64,000 nt of DNA from an uncultured Phycisphaeraceae bacterium (GTDB lineage: Bacteria; Planctomycetota; Phycisphaerae; Phycisphaerales; UBA1924): the NCBI GenBank assembly GCA_964588385.1, contig CAZPPG010000016.1, positions 1,060 through 65,059 of the forward strand, read 5' to 3'. Position numbers and translations under genes: made by a program. The notes beneath the pieces were generated by a model, which saw nothing but the letters and a program-made list of their open reading frames with translations, was not told where the DNA came from and did no database searches. Shown here piece after piece: positions 57,167-64,000 of the stretch; position 1 is the first letter of the stretch; each line of letters begins with the position of its first letter.

Positions 57167-57706
57167 ATGAAGTACCGGATGCGAGTGATAGCCCCCGCCT
57201 CATCCAAGCGAAACGCACCGCTTGCTCGGGGCGTCTTTGCCTACTCATTCGGCAACGATTGCTGGCGATGGGGCGCCGTTGCTTGCGAATATCCGTGGTT
57301 TGGGCCCGGCGTTGACGGCTACTTGGTCCATTTCTACGACGTCGTGAGTCGCGCAGGCGATGCCGTCCCGGACCTTAGCGCTGGCGGGCTTGTGATTCCG
57401 CCGTGCATCACCAACGCGATGCCATGGAGGCGAGGACTGTTTCGGAACGAGTCGTCGGTCGTGCCGCGAGACGGCCGGAGCATGCCGCGGCATTGCCTTT
57501 GGTCGCCTGAAGACAACTTGTATCGCGATGAGCACGACACAGTGCTCCCGAGCGCATTTGAACCCTGCGGACTTAGGATGCTGGCGGGTATCCAGGCCAT
57601 CGAAGAGCTCTTGCTCTCCGCATCTCTGATGGGCTGCTGGGATGGACGCGGCATCTGGCGACTCTGGCCGCCCCGAGATTGGCGGGGCGTGAGCCGGGCT
57701 CGATGA
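57167..57706 (+). CDS. hypothetical protein (islet ORF-A; faint immunity-protein-like pattern)
   Basis: 179 aa with ordinary-looking composition and no homolog recognised. First ORF of the compositionally atypical islet. Confidence 0.5.
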   Translation: MKYRMRVIAPASSKRNAPLARGVFAYSFGNDCWRWGAVACEYPWFGPGVDGYLVHFYDVVSRAGDAVPDLSAGGLVIPPCITNAMPWRRGLFRNESSVVPRDGRSMPRHCLWSPEDNLYRDEHDTVLPSAFEPCGLRMLAGIQAIEELLLSASLMGCWDGRGIWRLWPPRDWRGVSRAR

Positions 57707-57752
57707 TCATGATGTGACCGCACCAAAGGCCGGGCGTCCGCTTTGCAGGCGA

Positions 57753-57949
57753 GAGCCGGGGGCGTCCGCCCCGCTCCACCAAGGATGCGCCCTTCGGGCG
57801 GTGTGGAGGTCGCTGCGCGGCGGGTTTACCGGGGGTAGCGTTCGCCCCCCCCACACACACCGCTCCCTTGACCCCCGGCTGTCAACTTTCAGCCCTGTCG
57901 GGCTGAAGAGCACCGAGCTTGGCCCAACGCGGCCAATCTGCGGTGGCAC
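57753..57949 (+). repeat. copy 1 of a structured GC-rich element (candidate ncRNA or cassette boundary)
   Basis: Block 1 (57753-57787) is gagccgggggcgtccgccccgctccaccaaggatg. Block 2 (57810-57833) is tcgctgcgcggcgggtttaccggg. A hairpin lies at 57890-57905. Block 3 (57906-57949) is aagagcaccgagcttggcccaacgcggccaatctgcggtggcac. All blocks are shared with copy 2. Confidence 0.7.
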
Positions 57950-58021
57950 GGGGGATGAGCAAGGAATCTTGGTGCGACCTGCGACAATCTGAGGTGGTCG
58001 GCAATCGATAAAGTAGATTCC

Positions 58022-58366
58022 ATGAGCGACACCGCCAATCTCGGAGACTCAGTTTTCTTTGCGGCCCGTTCGGCAACGTTTCGTACGGTGTTTCGTTGCT
58101 TGCGAGCGAGCACTCTAACGAACGCCGAGATTCGCGCACTGCTCAATCGGGAAGAAGAGTTTGATGCGATCGGCGGTTGGGACTTCAGCTCCCTCTCTTT
58201 ACATTCCCTCCGTGTGCTGCAAGAGGTGCTGGCCAAGATTGCAGAGGATCCGGTCGCGGCGTCTTCGCATTGGAACCCGGAGCGGCGACCCATATTCGTG
58301 AGCGACATCGAGAAGTGTCGCAGAAATCTGGACGACCGCATTCGGTGGAGTGAGGGTCGGTCGTGA
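58022..58366 (+). CDS. hypothetical protein (islet ORF-B)
   Basis: 114 aa with helical-looking sequence. No SD-like sequence upstream. Flanked on both sides by the repeated element. Coding status is uncertain. Confidence 0.45.
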   Translation: MSDTANLGDSVFFAARSATFRTVFRCLRASTLTNAEIRALLNREEEFDAIGGWDFSSLSLHSLRVLQEVLAKIAEDPVAASSHWNPERRPIFVSDIEKCRRNLDDRIRWSEGRS

Positions 58367-58410
58367 TCGCTGACTTTGTCCATCGTAAGATGCAGTAGAC
58401 GTAGCGTGAC

Positions 58411-58592
58411 GAGCCGGGGGCGTACGCCTCGCTCCACGAAGGATGTCGCTGCACGACGGGTTTACCGGGCGGCGTTGCCCTCGCGTGGGGGCGGGGCTGC
58501 ATTGCCCCGGGCTCCATTCATGCATCCCGTTGGGATGCTCAGAGTGGAGAAGAGCACCGAGATTGCCGCAGAGCCGGCAACTTCGGTGGCAC
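58411..58592 (+). repeat. copy 2 of the structured GC-rich element
   Basis: Block 1 at 58411-58445, block 2 at 58446-58469, hairpin at 58523-58537, block 3 at 58550-58592. Same order and orientation as copy 1, 658 nt downstream. Confidence 0.7.
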
Positions 58593-58676
58593 TCTCAAGG
58601 AAGGTCGGGGCCACCTGCCTGTCCGTTCCTTGGTTCGCAAGGCCCGAGTAGAGGATGGAGTTCTACATCGATCTGC

Positions 58677-59732
58677 TTACCTGCGCACGGCTGTGAATGT
58701 AAAGAGTTTGTCAAGAAACTCCTTTTCTTCCATTGGCCGCGCAAATATTGAGAGTAGTTCGTCAGAACGAAGAATGCGGTTATATAACGACGTTAGCAGC
58801 CTAGTTGCGCATGAGCCTGCATCTCGAAGTCTGCTTACGTACTTGCTACCACTTGGATATTGATATGGAGGTTCGTTACCATGTACAAATTTGTTTCTCC
58901 AATCATAAATGGTTCGTACCCAATTGAGTACATCCCGAGGGTCATGCGTGTCGTGTAGCAATATCGCAGATACAAGTGCTACTGTCGATTGGTTCATTGC
59001 TTTAGCTGCAAACAGGGCCTCGATTGCAATATGCATGCGAAAAGCAATATCCTGTTGGTAGAGCGGTTGCATTGCACATCCGAACATATAGAGCGAACAC
59101 TCTAGGCGAGAGCCATGTGCTTCGAGTTTCTCGCTTGATGTGAGGCGAGCGAGATTGGCAAAGCGTTCGGCCTGCACTTCATATAGGCGCGAAAAAAGCA
59201 GTGGAAAAGAAGACAAGTCTGATGGCTTCTGGTGTGGCGCGAACCCGGTGCCATGTTCGAGTCTTGGCATGAAGCGGTTTGGTCTGTCGTAAAAAGAGAA
59301 CGTCCTGCCCAGCGCGTCGACTCTTGCTGTGTAGAGGTAGTTCGCGTGACCTGGAAGTGGGCCAATTACTTGCAACGTCGAGACAATCACCTTTGCGACA
59401 GCCTCGGACCAGTGCCACCACTTCAGGTGATCGCCCCAAGGGGCGTCATATTCATATCGGAATAGCAGCCGAACATGATCGGCCTCGATGAAACCACGTT
59501 GCTTACCGATATGCGCCTGCCAGAGAGCTAGATCTCTCTTCGATGGCTTTCCGTAGGAGAGTACGCCGCGATACCGGTCTGGCTTTAGTATACGACGTCG
59601 CGATGAGACGTTCAATGCGCCGACGTAGAGCACGCCGACGAGGAGACATATCTTCGCAGAATACTCTTTATCATGTTCAACAATCAGTGGCTTACGTGAA
59701 TTGCGCGACTTGGGGGCCACTTTAATCCTCAC
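58677..59732 (-). CDS. HEPN-motif protein (Apea/Abi-like architecture), candidate RNase toxin or defence effector
   Basis: 351 aa. The C-terminal helical region carries YDWRNKFVHGNE, an R-x4-H motif at 58881-58898. Very low GC (22 of 60 G+C at 58861-58920). GTG start at 59732 overlaps lepA by 11 nt; the alternative GTG 59720 lies 1 nt after the lepA TAA. Confidence 0.7.
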   Translation of the reverse strand: MRIKVAPKSRNSRKPLIVEHDKEYSAKICLLVGVLYVGALNVSSRRRILKPDRYRGVLSYGKPSKRDLALWQAHIGKQRGFIEADHVRLLFRYEYDAPWGDHLKWWHWSEAVAKVIVSTLQVIGPLPGHANYLYTARVDALGRTFSFYDRPNRFMPRLEHGTGFAPHQKPSDLSSFPLLFSRLYEVQAERFANLARLTSSEKLEAHGSRLECSLYMFGCAMQPLYQQDIAFRMHIAIEALFAAKAMNQSTVALVSAILLHDTHDPRDVLNWVRTIYDWRNKFVHGNEPPYQYPSGSKYVSRLRDAGSCATRLLTSLYNRILRSDELLSIFARPMEEKEFLDKLFTFTAVRR

Positions 59733-61641
59733 TCGTATCCAGCACCGCCATGAACGCCTCCTGGGGGATGTTCACGGAGCCGACGTTCTTCATCCGCTTC
59801 TTGCCTTCCTTCTGCTTCTCGAGCAGCTTGCGCTTACGAGAGACGTCGCCGCCGTAGCACTTGGCGGTGACGTCCTTGCGGAAGGCCTTGATGGTTTCGC
59901 GGGCGATGATCTTGCCGCCGATGGCGGCCTGGAGCGGGATCTCGAACTGGTGGCGGGGGATCTGGCCGCGGAGCTTTGAGAGGATCTGGCGGCCGCGCTG
60001 CTCGGACTTGTCCTTGTGCGTGATGAGCGCGAGGGCCTGCACCGGGTCGCCGTTGATGAGGATGTCAACCTTGACGAGTCGGTCGGGCTCGTAGCCGATG
60101 ATCTCGTAGTCCATGGTGCCATAGCCGCTGGTGATGCCCTTCAACTTGTCGTAGAAGTCGTAGATGATCTCGGCGAGCGGGATGTGGAAGGAGAGCATCT
60201 CGCGCGTGTCGGAGACGAAGGTCTGCGACTTGTAGATGCCGCGGCGTTCCATGCAGAGCTTCATGATGTCGCCGATCTTGTCCTTGGGCAGGATCAGATC
60301 CACGCGGCAGATCGGCTCCTTGATCTCCTCGATCACGCCCGCATCCGGAAGGTCCGCCGGGTTGTGAATCTCTTCCTCGACAAGCTCGCCTCCCTTGCCC
60401 TTCGTTGTCACGATGTAGGACACCGTGGGTGCGGTCTGCACGACCTGCACGCCGCCCTCGCGCTCGAGGCGTTCCTGCACGATGTCCATGTGGAGCAGGC
60501 CGAGGAAGCCGCAGCGGAAGCCGAAGCCGAGCGCCTCGGAGTGCACGGCCTGAAACGTGAACGCCGAGTCGTTGAGCGAGAGCTTCTCGATCGCTTCGCG
60601 GAGTTCCTCGAAGGAGTTGCCGCGTTGTTCTTCATCCGTCGCGGGGTAGAAGTCGCAGAAGACCATCTGGCGCGGCGGCTGGTAGCCCTCGAGGGGCTCG
60701 GCGGCGGGATGGATGTCGAGCGTGATGGTGTCGCCGACGCGGACATCGGCGAGGGTGCGGATGGCGGCGACCATGTAGCCGGTCTCGCCCGCGCTGAGCG
60801 AGGGGACGCGATTGGGCTTGGGTGTGTACTTGCCGAGATCGGTGATCTGGAACGTGCGGCCGAGGCCCATCATGCGGATCTTGTCGCCGACCTTGATGGA
60901 GCCGTCGAACATTCGGATGTAGACGATGACGCCGCGGTAGTCGTCGTAGACCGCGTCGAAGATGAGGGCGCGGGCCTGCGTGATCTCGCTTGGGCGCGGC
61001 GCGGGGAGCTTGTCGCAGATCGCAGCGAGCAGCTCGGGGAGGCCCTGGCCGGTCTTTGCGGAGACGTAGATGCACTCTTCGGCGGGGAAGCCGAGGACTT
61101 GTTCCAGTTCCTGCGCGACCTTGTCGGGCTGGGCCGAGGGGAGGTCGATCTTGTTGATGACGGGGATGATCGTGAGGTTCTCGTTGATCGCGAGGTAGGC
61201 GTTGACGACGGTCTGTGCCTGCACGCCCTGCGTGGAGTCGACGACGAGCAGCGCGCCCTCGCACGCCTTCAACGCGCGCGAGACCTCGTACGTGAAGTCC
61301 ACGTGCCCGGGCGTGTCGATGAAGTTGAGCATGTAGAGCTCGCCGTGGGTGTCGGCTTTGTCCGCGGCGTTCTTGGTCTTGTGCGTGCCCGCCTCGTCGA
61401 CGGGGGCTTCGTAGTCGGTCTCGAGTTCGTCAGCGGTCGCGCCGGGCTTGTGGCGGTGCATGACGGTGACGGCGGAGGCCTTGATGGTGATGCCGCGTTC
61501 GCGCTCGAGGTCCATGGAGTCCAGGAGCTGGTCGCGCGCTTCGCGGGCCGAGACGGCGTTGGTCGCCTGGAGGAGGCGGTCGGCGAGGGTGGACTTGCCG
61601 TGGTCGATGTGGGCGATGATGGAGAAGTTGCGGATGTTCAT
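59722..61641 (-). CDS. lepA: translation elongation factor 4
   Basis: ATG 61641 ([24 protein letters not shown]). Contains [11 protein letters not shown] and NKIDL. Full-length LepA likeness apart from one insertion. Confidence 0.95.
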   Translation of the reverse strand: [639 protein letters not shown]

Positions 61642-61803
61642 GGGAGGGTGAAGGTCGGGCGGGCGGACGTAACCGCTGGCCGGAAAGGGGCTTGCGAATC
61701 GTGCGTGGTGCGGCGACAGCGAGGCCGTCCCGCGTGGGCAGGATGGTATGCGAGGGAATACGAGCACACCGCTCTGGAGAGCGGTGCCGCCGTGAAGCGA
61801 GCG

Positions 61804-62658
61804 TCAGCCCGGCTTCTGCCCAATCACATCGAAGACGGGCGGGAGGAGCATGAACGAGTTGGGGTCGTTGGAGGCCTCGGTCCAGCACGCGAAGAAGTCG
61901 TCGGCATCGCGCTGGGTGATCTCGTTCATCTCAACCAGCCGCGGCACGAAGGACTTCCAGAACGTGGTCGGCCAGTTCCAGTCGGTGCTGCCCGGGCGGG
62001 CCATGCGGTTGTGAGAATCGAGGTGGGTGACCTTCAAGCCCGCGCGGGCCATGATGCCGGGGAGGTTACCGACGAGGTCGGGGTTGCCGCCTCGGGCGCG
62101 CCAGGACCGGGCGACGGCGTCGATGACCTTGGAGAACTCGCGGCGTCTTGGGGCGAGGGTCATGTGCTCGTAGTCGAAGTAGTCCTGCACGACGAAGCGG
62201 CCGTCGGGCTTGAGCAGGCGGGCCACGGCGCGGACGACGGCCTCGGGATCCTTGACGAAGCAGAGGACCCAGCGGGCATAGGCGAGGTCAAAGGAGGCGA
62301 GGGGACTGGGCTGGCTTGCTGCCGCGGCGGCGCGGGCAAGGACTTCGTCGATCTGCTGCACATCGCCGACGTGGGCGGTGATGGTTGGGACGTTGCGGGC
62401 GCGTGCCGCGGCGTTGAGGTCGTTGATGAAGGGCGCGGACTCATCGACGCCGACAAGGCGCCCGGTCGGCCCGGCGATGTGCGCGAGATCGAAGGCGGCG
62501 TAGCCGGGGCCGCAGCCGACATCGAGGATCGACTGGCCGGGCGCGATGCGGGCCTTGGCCCATGCCTCGTGAGCCGCGGCGGACCACAGCCGGTGCTGGA
62601 AACCAAGGCGCCAATGTTCGGCGGCGTCGGTGCCGAGGACGTATTCAGAAGAAGACAT
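61804..62658 (-). CDS. class I SAM-dependent methyltransferase
   Basis: ATG 62658 (MSSSEYVLGTD). SAM motif ILDVGCGPGYAAFDLA, then LVGVDES. Confidence 0.8.
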   Translation of the reverse strand: MSSSEYVLGTDAAEHWRLGFQHRLWSAAAHEAWAKARIAPGQSILDVGCGPGYAAFDLAHIAGPTGRLVGVDESAPFINDLNAAARARNVPTITAHVGDVQQIDEVLARAAAAASQPSPLASFDLAYARWVLCFVKDPEAVVRAVARLLKPDGRFVVQDYFDYEHMTLAPRRREFSKVIDAVARSWRARGGNPDLVGNLPGIMARAGLKVTHLDSHNRMARPGSTDWNWPTTFWKSFVPRLVEMNEITQRDADDFFACWTEASNDPNSFMLLPPVFDVIGQKPG

Positions 62659-62843
62659 GGAGCGGAGGGTAGGGAGGGAAGAGAAATCGCACGTGGCAAA
62701 TGGCCGGACGGCAAATGAAGAGAGGAAGCGGGATGAGGAGACACTCCGCGGCTTGTCCGGGGTGATCGGGGCGTCAACGCTTGGACGTGGCGGCAAGCGG
62801 CACGGATGACACGGACGGGAATGGGTTGGCGGCACGGACGCCG

Positions 62844-64000
62844 ATGCGGCTCCTGGTGCGGGCGCTGGGGTCGTTTCATCCGCGGAGCATGCCGCGGATG
62901 GCGCGGGCGAACTACATCAAGGAGATCACGGCGACGTCGATGCTGCCGTTCCTGCTTGCGCCGGTGGAGGGCGGGATCGCGGGCGTCCTGGTGCGCACGG
63001 GGTTTGAGGGCGTGGTGGAGCCGGTGCTGCTGAACTACATCGTGGCAATGGTGACGGCCGCGCCGGCGTTCGCGAACATCACGAGCTTCGTGTGGGTGCG
63101 GGCGAGCCATGGCAGGGACAAGGTGCGGTTCCTGACGGCGGCGCTGACGACGATGGCGCTGCTCGTGATCCTGATCGGATTGATGCCGCGGAGCGCCATG
63201 GGCTTGTACCTGACGGCGGGGGCGACGGTGCTGGCGCGGGTGTGCTGGGCGGGATTCCTGACGATGCGCTCGACGGTGTGGGGACGAAACTACCCGCGCG
63301 CGGAGCGCGGCAGGGTGACAGGGAAGTTGTCAACGGTGCAGGTGACGATCATCGCCGCGCTCGGGCTCGGCCTCGGCGCGATGATGGAGTGGGATCCGGA
63401 CTCGCGGCATGTGCTGCTGCCCTTGGGCGCGGTGATCGGGTGCGGCGGGATCTACATGTGGTCGCGGGTGCGGGTGCGCGGGCGCGAGGCGTTCAAGCGG
63501 GTGGAGCGGATGGACACGGGGAAGGATCGGCCGAGCTTCAACCCGATGAGCGTGGTGCAGGTGCTGCGTGGCGATCGGAAGTTCGCGTGGTTCATGCTGT
63601 GCATGTTCCTGCTGGGGATCGGGAACCTGATGGTGGATGCGCCGCTGGTAATCGCGGTGCGCGAGGAGTTCGGGGGCGGGTACGCGGCGGGGATCCTGGT
63701 GATGGCGACGCTGCCGCAGATGATGATGCCGCTGGCGATCCCGTTCTGGGCGCGGCTGCTGGACAAGGGTCACGTCGTGAAGTTCCGCTCGATCCACGCG
63801 TGGTTCTTCGTGGCGGCGACGATTTGCCTGGTGGTGGCGTTTCGGTTCCATTACTGGCCGCTGGTGGTGGTGGGCGTGCTGATCGAGGGGATTGCGTTCG
63901 GTGGCGGCGTGCTGGCTTGGAACCTCGGGCACCTGGACTTCGCGCCGGCGCACAAGGTGGCGCAGTACATGGGTGTGCACGTGACGCTGACGGGCGTGCG
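62844..64000 (+). CDS. MFS-type transporter (partial, runs off right edge)
   Basis: Own translation from ATG 62844: MRLLVRALGSFHPRSMPRMARANYIKEITATSMLPFLLAPVEGG...ARVCWAGFLTMRSTVWGRNYP...FMLCMFLLGIGNLMVDAP... It is a multi-TM reading frame open to the window end, so it is absent from the ORF track. The exact start is uncertain. Confidence 0.7.
   Translation, partial: MRLLVRALGSFHPRSMPRMARANYIKEITATSMLPFLLAPVEGGIAGVLVRTGFEGVVEPVLLNYIVAMVTAAPAFANITSFVWVRASHGRDKVRFLTAALTTMALLVILIGLMPRSAMGLYLTAGATVLARVCWAGFLTMRSTVWGRNYPRAERGRVTGKLSTVQVTIIAALGLGLGAMMEWDPDSRHVLLPLGAVIGCGGIYMWSRVRVRGREAFKRVERMDTGKDRPSFNPMSVVQVLRGDRKFAWFMLCMFLLGIGNLMVDAPLVIAVREEFGGGYAAGILVMATLPQMMMPLAIPFWARLLDKGHVVKFRSIHAWFFVAATICLVVAFRFHYWPLVVVGVLIEGIAFGGGVLAWNLGHLDFAPAHKVAQYMGVHVTLTGV

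Noticed and set aside
57753-57776. Group II intron domain V (the hairpin starts with GAGCC).
   Set aside because: The hairpin is about 24 nt rather than about 34 nt. It lacks the AC bulge and GNRA loop arrangement. No intron-encoded reverse transcriptase or other intron domains are present.
57757-57784. tRNA/tmRNA 3'-end fragment (att site): CGGGG-gcgtccg-CCCCG followed by CTCCACCA.
   Set aside because: The 7-nt loop lacks the T-psi-C consensus (TTCGAAT-like). The second copy reads CTCCACGA with a weakened stem. No full tRNA could be built in either flank.
57753-58592. Integron gene-cassette array, with the repeats as attC sites (ORF-repeat-ORF-repeat layout).
   Set aside because: One RYYYAAC-like site exists (GCCCAAC, 57922-57928), but I found no matching GTTRRRY core downstream in either copy. 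The elements are longer than typical attC sites, and no integron integrase is in the window. The idea remains only as a loose analogy.
57753-58592. Diversity-generating retroelement TR/VR pair, or a retron msr/msd.
   Set aside because: Differences between the copies are not adenine-specific and include large indels. There is no reverse transcriptase gene in the window.
1-64000. Scan for CRISPR arrays, rRNA, tRNA, IS elements or prophage blocks.
   Set aside because: No short regularly spaced direct repeats were seen. No T-loop/acceptor combinations appear in the intergenic gaps. No transposase, integrase or phage structural motifs occur in any frame that I read. The scan was by eye, so small elements could be missed.

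Overview
High-GC bacterial chromosomal segment, roughly two thirds G+C by eye (39 G+C in the 60 nt at 60001-60060). Gene content points to a Planctomycetota/PVC-type organism, which is inference only: an ECF sigma paired with a Ser/Thr kinase, a PEP-CTERM protein, a giant BatA/VWA protein, DUF1844, and many lipoproteins. I support about 55 CDS. Most are housekeeping: mreBCD, trpD, miaB, sdhCAB, fabI, nadC, birA, lepA, xylB, ubiE, an alanine:cation symporter, a CocE/NonD hydrolase and a GT39 glycosyltransferase. Many long alternate-frame or antisense ORFs in the track are high-GC artefacts. I recognised no rRNA, tRNA, CRISPR array, transposase or integrase. The best candidate for something new is a ~2.6 kb low-GC islet (57080-59732) between a sulfotransferase gene and lepA. 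It holds a 351-aa protein with an R-x4-H (HEPN-type) motif that abuts the lepA stop. Convergent with it are two small unknown ORFs, each followed by a copy of a ~180-200 nt GC-rich element. The two copies share sequence blocks and show compensatory base changes in three hairpins, so the element is a candidate novel structured RNA or cassette boundary. Secondary leads are listed here. (1) A compositionally lighter 199-aa ORF (23515-24114) whose three ordered motifs recall DarT/DUF4433-type ADP-ribosyltransferases, with no macrodomain partner. (2) An ECF sigma whose acidic region-2.2 motif reads TVQD, next to a membrane Ser/Thr kinase with no anti-sigma. (3) Tandem double zf-TFIIB-like paralogs with CPxD knuckles. 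(4) A B12-binding-like protein with DxDxxG instead of DxHxxG. (5) A translationally coupled ECF sigma / anti-sigma / unknown secreted protein / xylulokinase chain. All functional calls come from reading the translations and from remembered family motifs; no searches were run.
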